This document shows, piece after piece, positions 1-9,980 of a stretch of DNA of 32,000 bases; the first letter of the stretch is position 1, and every line of letters begins with the position of its first letter. A program made the translations under genes and the position numbers. This stretch comes from Candidatus Saccharimonadota bacterium (GTDB lineage Bacteria > Patescibacteriota > Saccharimonadia > Saccharimonadales > Saccharimonadaceae): the NCBI GenBank assembly GCA_023898645.1, contig CP060232.1, positions 240,001 to 272,000 on the forward strand, written 5' to 3'. The notes beneath the pieces are model-generated. The model saw nothing but the letters and a program-made list of their open reading frames with translations. It was not told the DNA's origin and made no database searches.

Positions 1-1344
1 GCCGATGCGTACTTTAGTGGTGGGATAAGCGCCGATCATGGTCATATTGTGCTTGTTGATGCGAGTAATAATGAAATCGACAGGCTAGGCTGGGGTGACG
101 CAATAAATCCGGAGACGACGGCTGTCGCGTCTCCAGCGAATGGCAAGGCATTGCAGCGAAAAACGGCAAGCTTTCACTTGCAGGACACCGATGACAATAG
201 TGTTGATTTTATCGAATCAGATCCACTGCTACATGCATCCGGTGTGTATGAAGATACGTTAGCCACGGATGTCTGCCCGAACATAGTCGACGCGCAGACT
301 ACCATGCCGGATGGTTATTTAGCTGATGAAAATGGCGATTGTCAGCCGGATAGTTGCTTAAACCTTGATGGCCTACAAATTAGCGTGCCAGAAGGTTATG
401 ATAGCGACGGAGCGGGTGTGTGTACGCAGCATGACGAGTGCGAAAATGTTGATGGCGTGCAGACTGACATACCTACCGGCATGGTGCGTGACGGCGCAAA
501 TGATTGTAGCTGGAACGTGTTGCCAATCACGTTGACTGAACTTTACCCAAATGCGACGGGCAGCGATACGGGTAATGAATTTATCGAAGTGTACAATCCA
601 ACTGATACGATGGTTGATTTAAGCCTGTACACGATTCGTGTGGGTATCAATTTAGACAAGACGTTTACATTTCCGATTGGTGCGACGATCGCACCAGGTG
701 AATACAAGTCGTTTGATAATAATACGATTAAATTCTCGCTCGTAAACTCAACGAGTCGTGTTCAACTGGTTGGGCTTGATAATGTCGTGTATGGTGACAG
801 CACTAATTACGAAAATCCGAATGAAGGCGAGTCATGGGCACTTATAAAAGGAACCTGGCAATATACTAATCGTCCAACGCCAAGCGATGAAAATCTCGCA
901 TCGATTACTGTCGAGACGAACGATAATTCCAGTAGTGGCACTAGCCCGACTTTAAAACCATGCGCACCTAATCAGTATCGTAATCCTGACACGAATCGCT
1001 GTAAAAAAATTTCTACGACTTCGTTGGCACCATGTAACGATGGCCAAGTTAGAAATCCTGAAACGAATCGTTGCCGTAATGTCGTAACGACGGCGAGCGT
1101 CCGAAAGCCTTGTAGTGACAATCAGTATCGAAGTGAGGATACGAATCGATGCCGAAACTTGCCAGCCGCTACGGTACCTGACGCTAACTTTGCAGTTCAG
1201 CCCATCAAAGATACAGGTACGGCGTTCGTTGGCTGGTGGGCGCTTGGCGGAGTTGGCCTGCTTGCTGCAGGCTACGGCGCGTGGGAGTGGCGACGAGAGC
1301 TTGCGATGCTGTGGCAAAAAGGTCTTTATCGTTTCCATAAATAA
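1..1344 (+). CDS. Lamin-tail-domain (LTD) surface protein, 5'-truncated by the window edge, with a C-terminal membrane anchor
   Basis: Frame 1 is open from base 1. ADAYFSGGISADHGHIVLVDASNNEIDRLGWGD reads like the end of an upstream LTD copy, so the GTG at 49 is not the true start. LTELYPNATGSDTGNEFIEVYNPTD...GESWALI is an LTD-type signature. There are three C-x-N-x-DG-x-Q...P-x-G modules and three C-x3-Q-x-R-x-x-(D/E)-TNRC modules. The hydrophobic tail is FVGWWALGGVGLLAAGYGAW. Confidence 0.7.
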   Translation, partial: ADAYFSGGISADHGHIVLVDASNNEIDRLGWGDAINPETTAVASPANGKALQRKTASFHLQDTDDNSVDFIESDPLLHASGVYEDTLATDVCPNIVDAQTTMPDGYLADENGDCQPDSCLNLDGLQISVPEGYDSDGAGVCTQHDECENVDGVQTDIPTGMVRDGANDCSWNVLPITLTELYPNATGSDTGNEFIEVYNPTDTMVDLSLYTIRVGINLDKTFTFPIGATIAPGEYKSFDNNTIKFSLVNSTSRVQLVGLDNVVYGDSTNYENPNEGESWALIKGTWQYTNRPTPSDENLASITVETNDNSSSGTSPTLKPCAPNQYRNPDTNRCKKISTTSLAPCNDGQVRNPETNRCRNVVTTASVRKPCSDNQYRSEDTNRCRNLPAATVPDANFAVQPIKDTGTAFVGWWALGGVGLLAAGYGAWEWRRELAMLWQKGLYRFHK

Positions 1345-1367
1345 AGACTCGCAAGTATACTCGTGAT

Positions 1368-1844
1368 ATGAGAATCATCGGCATAGATCCCGGCACCGGC
1401 ATACTCGGCTTTGGCGTCATCGACGCGCAGGGAGGCAAGACCAAGCTGGTGACGGCGGGTGTCATAACGACACCGGCGCATACGCCGATTGACGAGCGGC
1501 TAGAGGAAATATTTGATGGTCTGACAGAGATTATCGCCGAAACGAAGCCCGAGGTTATGTCGATCGAGAAACTGTTTTTTTCGCAAAACGTCACAACGGC
1601 AATCAGCGTAGCGCAAGCGCGCGGCGTGGCTATGCTGACCGGCCGCAAGGCAAAGCTGCCAATCGCAGAATATACGCCACAGCAGATCAAACAGACACTG
1701 ACTGGCTATGGCAAGGCCGACAAGAAGCAGATGCAAGAAATGGTGCGGATACAACTTGGCCTGACTGAAGTGCCAAAACCCGATGACTGCGCCGATGCGC
1801 TAGCGGCGGCGATTACTCACTACATGATGAGTCGAATCGTATAA
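1368..1844 (+). CDS. ruvC: Crossover junction endodeoxyribonuclease RuvC
   Basis: 158 aa. N-terminus MRIIGIDPGTGILGFGVID, an RNase H-fold RuvC signature. C-terminal DDCADALAAAITH acidic/catalytic motif. TATACT at 1356-1361 lies 6 nt before the ATG. Confidence 0.9.
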   Translation: MRIIGIDPGTGILGFGVIDAQGGKTKLVTAGVITTPAHTPIDERLEEIFDGLTEIIAETKPEVMSIEKLFFSQNVTTAISVAQARGVAMLTGRKAKLPIAEYTPQQIKQTLTGYGKADKKQMQEMVRIQLGLTEVPKPDDCADALAAAITHYMMSRIV

Positions 1845-1912
1845 CATACTGACCTCTGTTTGCAAGGGGCATTTAAGGGTTGTAATTATAAAAATCTGAT
1901 ATAATAGGTGCG

Positions 1913-4357
1913 ATGCAACGCCAAGGAAAATATACCAAGCGCGTGACGCCGACCCAACATGTTAAACGCCATTACCGACGAGGTTTTCGCTGGTGGCGCA
2001 AGGCGAGTTGGAAAAAGCGCATCATGCTAGTTGGTGGTCCAATCCTAGCACTTCTGATTCTGATACCCATTCTGACTTATCTGTATTTTGCCCGCGACAT
2101 ATCCAACATGGATCGCCTGATGAACCGGAACAATACCGGTGTTATTTTCTATGCCAAAGACAGTAAGACCGTGATTTACAGTAGCGGTAGCGCTATCCAT
2201 CATGATTTAGTGCCGACCGACAAGATATCAAAGAGTATGCAGGATGCGTTGGTGGCCAGTGAAGACAAAGACTTTTATAAGCACAATGGCTTCTCTGTTT
2301 TGAGCACCTTGCGCGCCGTGTATGGCTATATAGCCGGAGGCGGTAAGTCTTACGGAGGCTCTACCATTACTCAGCAGCTGGCGAAGATTACGCTACTTGG
2401 CAGCAACCGTACGTTCCTTCGTGAATACCAGGCATTTTCTGTGGCGGTAGCAATTGAAAATACCTACACAAAGAATCAGATTTTAGGCATGTATTTAAAC
2501 TCTGCATACTTTGGCGAGGGTGCGTTTGGCATAGAAGACGCGGCCAAGATATATTTCGGGACGACACCAGATAAGCTTGATTTGGCACAGTCGGCAATGT
2601 TAATCGGGTTGTTGCCGGCGCCAAGTGTTTATTCGCCTATCAGCGGTAACCCGGCATATGCAAAGGAGCGGCAGACGACGGTGCTTGGGCGCATGGTCAC
2701 AAATGGTTACATTACTGACGCTCAAAAAACGGCTGCGCTTAAAGAGAAGCTGAAGTATCAGAAGGCGAAAGCTCCTATAAACGACAGTGTCGCGCCACAC
2801 TTTGCACAGATGGTACTGGATGAGCTGTACCAGAAGTATGGAGAGGAAACGGTCACTCGTAGTGGTTATCAGGTGACAACCACGCTTGACCCAAGTGTAC
2901 AGTCGAAGCTGCAGGCGGCGGTATCTGCCAATATGGCGACGATTAACTACAATCAAGGCCACAACGCTGCTGCTGTTGCCATAGACCCGACTGACGGCGA
3001 AGTGCGAGGATTGGTAGGTAGCTACGATTGGAATAATCCAAAGTTTGGCAAAGTAAACATTGCTACGTCGTTGCGTCAGCCGGGTTCGAGCTTTAAACCG
3101 ATCTATTACGCGAATGCGCTCGCGGAAGGCGTCATAACGCCTGCCACCGTGCTCAAGGACGTTAAAACGGACTTTGGCGGAGGTTATGTGCCTCTCGACG
3201 CCGACAAGAAGTTTCGTGGCAATGTGACCGTACGACAAGCTCTGAATCAATCTCTAAATATACCGGCAGTAGAAGTTATGCAGAAATTCGGCATCAGTAA
3301 TGCCGTAGATGCAGCACGGCGTATGGGTCTGACTTCTATAAAGTCAGATAATAACTACGGACTTTCGCTAGCACTTGGTTCTGCCGAAGTAACACCGCTT
3401 GCTCTGACGAATGCGTACGCTGCATTTGCAAACGGTGGCCAGCAATACGATACGACCATCATCAAGAGTATCCAAAGCAAGTATAACGAACAGGTCTTTA
3501 AGGCGGACGAAACTTCGAAGCAGGTAATTAGTCCGCAAGGGGCGTTTCTGATTTCTGACGTGTTGTCCGACAACGCAGCTAAAGCGCCAATTTTTGGCAA
3601 TACTCTTACTACTTACGACGCCAAGACGGGCGCCGTGAAGAAAGTAGCCGTCAAGACAGGCACGACAAACGACGATCGTGACGCATGGACAGTGGGCTAT
3701 ACGCCAAAGATGGCTATAGGTGTGTGGGTGGGCAACAACGACAATGCGCCGATGCTCAACGGTAGCTCCATTATGGCGGGCCCAATCTTTACCAAGGCAA
3801 TGGGCTCTATACTGGCCGGTGACAATACGAAGTTTCCTGAGCCATCTGGCGTTGTCCAGAAGAGCGTTTGTAACAGTAATCATGGCTTGGCGGATCAGGC
3901 TGTTAAAGGTCAGACGTACCTAGAGTGGTTCCTTTCAACGTATCTGCCGTCAGACAAATGTACAGTTATAAAGCCAACACCTACGCCAACTCCAACGCCA
4001 AGCCCGAGTACTTCTCCTATACCTAGCCAAGGAATTACACTGAGCGCAAATCCTGAGAGCGGCGCTACCGTAGGAACAACGGTGACGTTTATCGCGACAC
4101 TTGCCGACAATAACTTATCAGGCGTAGTGACGTTCATGGACGGTGATCTAACGCTTGGACAAAGTCAGGTCTTTAACGGTACGGCGTCATACATAACACC
4201 TACAACGAACTGGTCAACCGGACAGCATACGATCATAGCTGAATTTACGCCTTTAGACGGTAGTTCTGGTGATACGATTACTACGTCGCTTAATTATCAG
4301 ATTACAAATGGAAATAGTGGCAGCAACGGGCACGGCCACAACTTCCCCTTTAATTAG
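1913..4357 (+). CDS. Class A penicillin-binding protein (GT51 transglycosylase plus transpeptidase) with a C-terminal Pro/Thr linker and Ig-like domain
   Basis: N-terminal TM helix. GT51 motifs EDKDFYKHNGF and GGSTITQQLAK. Transpeptidase motifs SSFKP (SxxK) and KTGTT. PTPTPTPTPSPSTSP linker followed by a beta-rich repeat-like domain. Confidence 0.9.
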   Translation: MQRQGKYTKRVTPTQHVKRHYRRGFRWWRKASWKKRIMLVGGPILALLILIPILTYLYFARDISNMDRLMNRNNTGVIFYAKDSKTVIYSSGSAIHHDLVPTDKISKSMQDALVASEDKDFYKHNGFSVLSTLRAVYGYIAGGGKSYGGSTITQQLAKITLLGSNRTFLREYQAFSVAVAIENTYTKNQILGMYLNSAYFGEGAFGIEDAAKIYFGTTPDKLDLAQSAMLIGLLPAPSVYSPISGNPAYAKERQTTVLGRMVTNGYITDAQKTAALKEKLKYQKAKAPINDSVAPHFAQMVLDELYQKYGEETVTRSGYQVTTTLDPSVQSKLQAAVSANMATINYNQGHNAAAVAIDPTDGEVRGLVGSYDWNNPKFGKVNIATSLRQPGSSFKPIYYANALAEGVITPATVLKDVKTDFGGGYVPLDADKKFRGNVTVRQALNQSLNIPAVEVMQKFGISNAVDAARRMGLTSIKSDNNYGLSLALGSAEVTPLALTNAYAAFANGGQQYDTTIIKSIQSKYNEQVFKADETSKQVISPQGAFLISDVLSDNAAKAPIFGNTLTTYDAKTGAVKKVAVKTGTTNDDRDAWTVGYTPKMAIGVWVGNNDNAPMLNGSSIMAGPIFTKAMGSILAGDNTKFPEPSGVVQKSVCNSNHGLADQAVKGQTYLEWFLSTYLPSDKCTVIKPTPTPTPTPSPSTSPIPSQGITLSANPESGATVGTTVTFIATLADNNLSGVVTFMDGDLTLGQSQVFNGTASYITPTTNWSTGQHTIIAEFTPLDGSSGDTITTSLNYQITNGNSGSNGHGHNFPFN

Positions 4358-4370
4358 CTAGAACGACTTT

Positions 4371-4697
4371 TTATTGGTTTCGAAATTGATACGTGTGTAC
4401 GTTGTACATGGGCGCGGTAGCTGGTGGCGTGTCGTTGAGTGAAGTCAAGGCAACCACGAGTACGCCAAATGAAACGAGCAGTGACACAATACCAAGCACT
4501 AGTCCTGCAACCGCTAAGTCATGATTTTGCTTGTTAAATAGTGCAACGACACCGAAAACAATTGCGATGACCGAAACAGGTAGTCCAAAGACCCCGGTCC
4601 AAGCTAGTAAAAAGCCAAAGACGCCGACGGTCAAAGACGCGACTGCCAGTCCGCTTGATACAGGTTGTTTTTCTTTCTTGTCTTTTACATCGGCCAT
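4371..4697 (-). CDS. Small DUF4190-like membrane protein
   Basis: 108 aa. Two Gly/Val-rich hydrophobic segments (LAVASLTVGVFGFLL, IAIVFGVVALF, LAVAGLVLGIVSLL) resemble DUF4190. AAGGAG lies 6 nt upstream of the ATG on the minus strand. Confidence 0.55.
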   Translation of the reverse strand: MADVKDKKEKQPVSSGLAVASLTVGVFGFLLAWTGVFGLPVSVIAIVFGVVALFNKQNHDLAVAGLVLGIVSLLVSFGVLVVALTSLNDTPPATAPMYNVHTYQFRNQ

Positions 4698-4772
4698 AAT
4701 ATGCTCCTTATATTATGTTTAAGTTTATAACACAGTTAGCCCATAGCAGTCCAACTGTGTATAATTAAATAT

Positions 4773-5351
4773 ATGATTGCGCATGTCGAGGGAACGGTGA
4801 CAGAAAAACTTATATCGTCCGTAATTGTGGACGTTCACGGAGTTGGTTATGAGGTGAATGTAGCAGCTGGCGACTACGAACGTGCCACGTTGAACGAAAA
4901 GGTGAAATTCTATACCTACCATCATATACGCGAACAGTCTCAGGAACTTTATGGGTTTAGCACACTTGCGGCCAAGAAATTATTTGAATTACTCATAACA
5001 GTGCAGGGCGTTGGGCCCAAGGCGGCGCTCTCTATACTATCGCTAGCTGATAGCGAAGTTGTGCGTGGTGCCATTGCTAGTAGTGATAGCGCATTCGTGT
5101 CTAAGGCTGCCGGAGTGGGTAAGCGTATAGCGGAACGCGTAGTGGTCGACTTAGCCGACAAGGTTGGATTGCCGCTACGTTATGACAACAACGTGTTCAC
5201 GGGGGCGTCACAACGAGTTGGCCATACAGATGAAGCACTTGAGGCATTGATGGCACTTGGATATAACCTAGTCGATGCGACAAAGGCCTTAGAGGGAGTG
5301 CCGATGGATTTGTCGACGGCCGACAGGGTTACTCAAGCATTAAAGCAGTGA
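4773..5351 (+). CDS. ruvA: Holliday junction DNA helicase subunit RuvA
   Basis: 192 aa. MIAHVEGTV...[11 protein letters not shown]-terminal OB domain. HhH region [17 protein letters not shown] and [19 protein letters not shown] at 4760-4765, 7 nt before the ATG. Confidence 0.9.
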   Translation: MIAHVEGTVTEKLISSVIVDVHGVGYEVNVAAGDYERATLNEKVKFYTYHHIREQSQELYGFSTLAAKKLFELLITVQGVGPKAALSILSLADSEVVRGAIASSDSAFVSKAAGVGKRIAERVVVDLADKVGLPLRYDNNVFTGASQRVGHTDEALEALMALGYNLVDATKALEGVPMDLSTADRVTQALKQ

Positions 5352-5367
5352 TGGTATAATACGCCTA

Positions 5368-6372
5368 ATGGCTATAGAACGAATCGTCGATACGTCCGCA
5401 CATGATGACGATACCGACGAACAAGTAATCGAGACGACGCTGCGACCGCAGACGTTTGCTGATTATGTAGGGCAGGAACATCTAAAAAAGAATCTGCAAC
5501 TTGCTATCGCCGCAGCAAAAAAGCGAGGCGAACCGGTCGACCACGTGTTGCTCTATGGGCCACCGGGGCTAGGTAAGACGACTATGGCGACAGTGATTGC
5601 TAATGAGATGGGCGCGAATATTCGCGTGACGGCCGGGCCAGCAATCGAACGAGCGGGTGATCTGGCGAGTATACTGACTAATTTGGCTGACGGTGACATA
5701 TTGTTTATCGATGAGATTCATCGACTTGGACGTACCGTGGAAGAGGTGTTGTACTCGGCGATGGAAGATTTCAAGCTCGATATCGTCATAGGTAAGGGAC
5801 CAGCGGCTCGAAGTGTGCGATTAGATTTGCCAAAGTTCACGGTTATCGGCGCGACGACTCGGGCGGGTGCGCTCGCAGGACCGTTACGTGATCGTTTCGG
5901 TATGCATCATCGTCTAGAATTTTACAAACCGGATGAAGTTCAGCAAATTATAACCCGAGCGGCAGGATTGCTTGGAAGCAAGATTGATCCGCAAGCAGCA
6001 GCGATGTTAGCGGAGCGTTCTCGCCTTACACCTCGAATCGCCAACCGCCTGCTGAAGCGCGTACGTGACTACGCGGACATCAATGGCGACGGAATTATTG
6101 ACACATTGATTACGACAGAAGCACTCAATCTACTTGAAATTGACGATTTGGGACTTGATCCGGCGGATCGTCGGTTGCTTGGAAGCATGTTGGAACATTA
6201 TGGACACAATCCTGTTGGCCTTACGACGATAGCGGCGTTAACCGGTGATGAAACGACGACAATTGAAGATTTTCATGAACCGTATCTCATGCAAATAGGC
6301 CTGATTGAGCGCACGCCGAGGGGCCGTCGCGTGACGTCAAAAGCCGCCAAGCATCTTGGCAAAAATGTTTAG
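5368..6372 (+). CDS. ruvB: Holliday junction branch migration ATPase RuvB
   Basis: 334 aa. [13 protein letters not shown], Walker [10 protein letters not shown], Walker [10 protein letters not shown], sensor and winged-helix region. TGgTATAAT at 5352-5360, 7 nt before the ATG. Confidence 0.95.
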   Translation: MAIERIVDTSAHDDDTDEQVIETTLRPQTFADYVGQEHLKKNLQLAIAAAKKRGEPVDHVLLYGPPGLGKTTMATVIANEMGANIRVTAGPAIERAGDLASILTNLADGDILFIDEIHRLGRTVEEVLYSAMEDFKLDIVIGKGPAARSVRLDLPKFTVIGATTRAGALAGPLRDRFGMHHRLEFYKPDEVQQIITRAAGLLGSKIDPQAAAMLAERSRLTPRIANRLLKRVRDYADINGDGIIDTLITTEALNLLEIDDLGLDPADRRLLGSMLEHYGHNPVGLTTIAALTGDETTTIEDFHEPYLMQIGLIERTPRGRRVTSKAAKHLGKNV

Positions 6373-6383
6373 TGAATTGTTAG

Positions 6384-6887
6384 TTAGTGTGAACGACTTT
6401 TTTTGACGTATTCAGCTTCGCTTTGTAGGTCGGCGCGCAGTGTATAGCTTTTGCAGCTGCCTTGCGTATCGCAATTAGTCGCAGTGTAATGGTAGTTCGG
6501 ACTCTTGCCTGCATTGAGAGCATTGAGGCGCTTCTGAACATCAGTGCTGGCGTCACCTTTGTCTAGGAGTTTCTGCAATTCGTCCTTAGTCAGAATGTCT
6601 TTGCCAAGAGTAAAGCCGTCTGGGTCTGTAAATAAGTCTGGGTCAACTGACGGAAGCGTTGCTGAAGTTAATGTGGCTGGGTATGATGAATGTTCTTTGT
6701 AGTAGACTTCTTCCAGAGCGTAATACATGGCATTGATTGCTGTCTTGCGTACGGAATCTTGGCTGGCAATGTTTAATTTATTGACTTGTAAAAAAATAAG
6801 AAAGCCAGCTAGCGCAAATACGGTGGCGACAACGACTAGCTCGATAACAGTAAAGCCAGATTGTCGAGATGAAGCTGTTGTATTCAT
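6384..6887 (-). CDS. Type IV prepilin / pseudopilin
   Basis: The class III signal MNTTASSRQSG|FTVIELVVVATVFALAGFL has the G-F-T-x-x-E processing/methylation motif. I chose the ATG at 6887 rather than the track's TTG at 6893, because TGcTATAAT (plus-strand coordinates 6895-6903) sits exactly 7 nt upstream of it. Confidence 0.75.
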   Translation of the reverse strand: MNTTASSRQSGFTVIELVVVATVFALAGFLIFLQVNKLNIASQDSVRKTAINAMYYALEEVYYKEHSSYPATLTSATLPSVDPDLFTDPDGFTLGKDILTKDELQKLLDKGDASTDVQKRLNALNAGKSPNYHYTATNCDTQGSCKSYTLRADLQSEAEYVKKSRSH

Positions 6888-7040
6888 TAGCAATATTATA
6901 GCAGAAATGCGAGTAAACTTTCATTTCTTGTGCGCGTACGGCTGGAGCCCTGCTTCCTTCGGAATAAATGTGAACATTCATTTCTATCGCTACGTTGAGT
7001 TATAATAGAAAGCAGTTTAATAAACGAGGGAGATAGGCAC

Positions 7041-8081
7041 GTGGCGAAAAAGACCGATAAAGCGGCCGTGGCAGATACTGGTACTGCAGCAAGCGAAGGT
7101 AAATTGAAAGCCCTAGGGTTGGCGATGGAGCAAATCACTAAGCAATTTGGTGATGGCTCAATCATGAAATTAGGCGAGGCCCATAAGGTTGACGTCGAGT
7201 TGATCCCATCTGGCGCATTAAGCTTGGATATAGCACTCGGCGGCGGCTATCCAAAGGGTCGTATCATCGAGGTTTATGGTCCGGAAAGTTCAGGCAAGAC
7301 GACATTGACGCTACACGCGATTGCCGAAGTGCAGAGGGCGGGTGGTACAGCGGCATTTATAGATGCTGAGCACGCACTTGATCCTGCATACGCAAAAAGG
7401 CTAGGTGTCGATACCGACAACCTATTGGTTTCGCAACCTGACAATGGCGAACAGGCGCTAGAAATCGCTGAGACATTGGTTCGCTCAAATGCGGTAGACT
7501 TGGTCGTTGTCGACTCAGTTGCAGCTCTTGTGCCACAGGCAGAAATTGACGGTGAAATGGGTGATTCGCACATGGGTCTTCAGGCCCGACTTATGAGCCA
7601 GGCTCTCCGTAAGTTGACGGGAATCATTAACAAGTCAAAGACGACGGTTATATTTATCAATCAGATTCGCATGAAGATTGGTGTCATGTTTGGTAACCCT
7701 GAAACTACAACTGGCGGTAATGCATTGAAGTTCTACGCTTCTGTTCGTATCGACATTCGTCGAATCGGTCAGATTAAGAGCGGTGAGGAAATCATAGGTA
7801 ACCGTACGAAAGCTAAGATCGTTAAGAACAAAATCGCGCCACCGTTCAGGAATGCTGAATTTGACATTATGTACAACGAAGGAATCAGCAAAACAGGTGA
7901 CGTACTTGATCTAGCTGTTCAGCACGAAGTTGTAGGTAAGTCTGGTGCATGGTTTGACTACAATGGTGAAAAAATCGGCCAAGGCCGTGAGGCGGTAAAG
8001 ACATTTCTGAAGGCAAACCCGAAGGTTTTGGATGAGATTGACAAGAAGGTTCGAGAAAAAGTAGCCCAAGCAGAGGCGTAG
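7041..8081 (+). CDS. recA: Recombinase RecA
   Basis: 346 aa. [13 protein letters not shown] Walker [10 protein letters not shown] Walker B, L1/L2 loop regions ([39 protein letters not shown]). GTG start preceded by GAGGGAG. Confidence 0.97.
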   Translation: MAKKTDKAAVADTGTAASEGKLKALGLAMEQITKQFGDGSIMKLGEAHKVDVELIPSGALSLDIALGGGYPKGRIIEVYGPESSGKTTLTLHAIAEVQRAGGTAAFIDAEHALDPAYAKRLGVDTDNLLVSQPDNGEQALEIAETLVRSNAVDLVVVDSVAALVPQAEIDGEMGDSHMGLQARLMSQALRKLTGIINKSKTTVIFINQIRMKIGVMFGNPETTTGGNALKFYASVRIDIRRIGQIKSGEEIIGNRTKAKIVKNKIAPPFRNAEFDIMYNEGISKTGDVLDLAVQHEVVGKSGAWFDYNGEKIGQGREAVKTFLKANPKVLDEIDKKVREKVAQAEA

Positions 8082-8090
8082 TAAAAGTGC

Positions 8091-8414
8091 ATGGAAGCCA
8101 ATAACAGTACAGAAACAGTATTCTGGGTTAATAGGTTTTCCGAGCACACAATACGGAAGGTTTTAGAGGGTTTTCGAATACTTGAGCCGTCTAAAAAGCA
8201 GTCGATGACGATATTGTCAGCAACTAAGATAGACGAACTAGAGGATCAGCAGCTGCGAGAATCTCTGAAGCGGCAACTACAAGATGTAAGAGAGGGGGCT
8301 CTGGTAATGGAACTTCCCGTAGCCCACATGCCTCATAAAAGGTTTAGCCATTCGTATTCGGTATCGACGAAATCATCGTCTGGTACTGTTCAAGAACGGA
8401 TGACTTCAAGCTAG
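8091..8414 (+). CDS. Hypothetical protein between recA and recX
   Basis: This 107-aa ORF fills an otherwise large gap in a compact operon. It has no recognisable domain and no clear RBS. Confidence 0.3.
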   Translation: MEANNSTETVFWVNRFSEHTIRKVLEGFRILEPSKKQSMTILSATKIDELEDQQLRESLKRQLQDVREGALVMELPVAHMPHKRFSHSYSVSTKSSSGTVQERMTSS

Positions 8415-8416
8415 TC

Positions 8417-9067
8417 GTGAAAATAACAGGTATCTCCGCACAACAAAAAGACGTAAATCGCGTCAATATCATGGTGGACGGAAAATTCAGATTTAGTTTG
8501 GATATCACTCAGGTCGTTGATTTGAAAATCAGAGTCGGCAACGAGTACGATGAATCGGAAATTGCTGAACTGGAAGCGGAGAGTCAGTTTGGCAAATTGT
8601 ACGCTAGAACTCTGGAGTACTGTTTCATTCGGCCGCACTCGTCACGAGAGATAAGGGATTACCTCTACCGAAAAACAACGCGTAACACCAAAGTAAGAAA
8701 CCGTAGAACTGGCGAGTTGAGTGAGCGGCTGGGCGTGAGCAAAGAGATGACCGCACGAGTGTTTGATAGGTTGGTGGCGCGTGGTCATGTTGATGACGAG
8801 AAATTTACACGTTTTTGGGTTGAAAACCGTAATGTACGAAAAGGTACAAGTCGCCGTAAGATACAAGCAGAACTTGTCGCCAAAGGTGTGGACCGTACAA
8901 TTATCGAGAACTGTATTAACGAATCGGATCGTAATGACCAAGACGAGCTTCAAAAGATTGTACTCAAAAAACGTTCAAAGTATCCTGATGAAGAGAAATT
9001 TATGCAGTATCTTGCCCGTCAGGGCTTTTCTTATGACGATATACGAGCAGCATTGACCGACAGTTAA
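8417..9067 (+). CDS. recX: Recombination regulator RecX
   Basis: 216 aa, immediately downstream of recA. N-terminal ITGISAQQKDVNRVNIMVDGKFRFSLD, followed by repeated three-helix modules typical of RecX. GTG start. Confidence 0.8.
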   Translation: MKITGISAQQKDVNRVNIMVDGKFRFSLDITQVVDLKIRVGNEYDESEIAELEAESQFGKLYARTLEYCFIRPHSSREIRDYLYRKTTRNTKVRNRRTGELSERLGVSKEMTARVFDRLVARGHVDDEKFTRFWVENRNVRKGTSRRKIQAELVAKGVDRTIIENCINESDRNDQDELQKIVLKKRSKYPDEEKFMQYLARQGFSYDDIRAALTDS

Positions 9068-9070
9068 CAA

Positions 9071-9646
9071 TTATTTCGTTTCAATGATTTCTGGCTGCGG
9101 TTTTGTTTGCCGGAAAGGATTAACATAGTGATGTCTTAGGTTCGCATGGGCTTTGCTTTTGCTGTCCCCTGATCTAACAATGATAGTAGTGTCGTTGACT
9201 TCAACGATTTGTCCCCTATGAATAAGAAGTTCGTCGTTATTAAAACTTTTTAATAGAGGCCGCTTTACGATTAATTGTTGAACAACAAAGCTATCGACGT
9301 CTACGACGTAATCGGCCACCTTGCCAAGCTTTCTCTTTTTTTCATCGATTACTTGTTTTCCTTCTAATGCATATTCCATTTCATAGATTGCTTTGTCTGT
9401 AATTATATCGTCAGGCTCTAGAAATTCTTCACTACTGTCGATGATCATGCCGAGACTACCGATTTCACGTATGTCCACTATTCTTAGATAAGATGGATCA
9501 TGATCGAGATGAGGTCCTGTTATTTGGTAGGCGATAACTGACAGATTGTGTGGATTAATAACAGGTACGCTTGTACGAGCAAGTTCTTTGCCTGTTTGGA
9601 GCCCCATGATTGGCGTATCGATAAGCTGAGCGCTGCTTAGTAGCAT
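9071..9646 (-). CDS. Tandem PRC-barrel domain protein, last gene of the pilus cluster
   Basis: 191 aa. Two PRC-barrel-like segments (LIDTPIMGLQTGKELARTSVPVINPHNLSVIAY and LEGKQVIDEKKRKLGKVADYVVDVDSFVVQQLIV). Confidence 0.55.
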   Translation of the reverse strand: MLLSSAQLIDTPIMGLQTGKELARTSVPVINPHNLSVIAYQITGPHLDHDPSYLRIVDIREIGSLGMIIDSSEEFLEPDDIITDKAIYEMEYALEGKQVIDEKKRKLGKVADYVVDVDSFVVQQLIVKRPLLKSFNNDELLIHRGQIVEVNDTTIIVRSGDSKSKAHANLRHHYVNPFRQTKPQPEIIETK

Positions 9647-9698
9647 ATCTTTAGTATACCGTTACCGAAACAAAGTCCCAATACACTTTAGCAATTCG

Positions 9699-9980
9699 CT
9701 ACTCTACAAACGGATTAGGCCGTGGTGAAGGAAGTTTTAAGGTGGTTTTATCATTACCACTGTCACGCAGTGCTTTGATCTTATTAACCGTGTCCTCGTC
9801 AAACTTGTCAATAGTACTTGTAGGTACGTTAGTGGGCTCAGGCTGTCCAAGTGTAATCTGGTAGAGCGTGAAGGTGGCATAAGAGAGAAGTAGTCCTATA
9901 GCCGAAACAACGATAACTGTGTGGTGTTGAACAAAGAAGGTTCGTATAGCTTTGGTTAATGTATAGAGTTGAGGCGTCAT
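9699..9980 (-). CDS. Small single-pass membrane protein in the pilMNO operon
   Basis: 93 aa. One TM helix (VIVVSAIGLLLSYATFTLYQI). Its start overlaps the stop of the upstream pilO-like gene by 4 nt. Confidence 0.4.
   Translation of the reverse strand: MTPQLYTLTKAIRTFFVQHHTVIVVSAIGLLLSYATFTLYQITLGQPEPTNVPTSTIDKFDEDTVNKIKALRDSGNDKTTLKLPSPRPNPFVE

Noticed and set aside
952-1690. Minus-strand ORFs (952-1338, 1205-1690) and the plus-strand ORF 1115-1366, all overlapping the LTD gene and ruvC
   Set aside because: They lie antisense or out of frame to strongly supported genes. Their composition is Arg/Ser/Cys-rich and low in complexity, typical of shadow ORFs. No start signals were seen.
2388-4137. 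Several antisense or alternative-frame ORFs inside the PBP gene (2388-2624, 2600-3250, 3355-3600, 3368-3883, 3720-3923, 3910-4137)
   Set aside because: The PBP frame carries unambiguous GT51 and transpeptidase motifs along its whole length. The overlapping ORFs have no motifs and are shadow frames.
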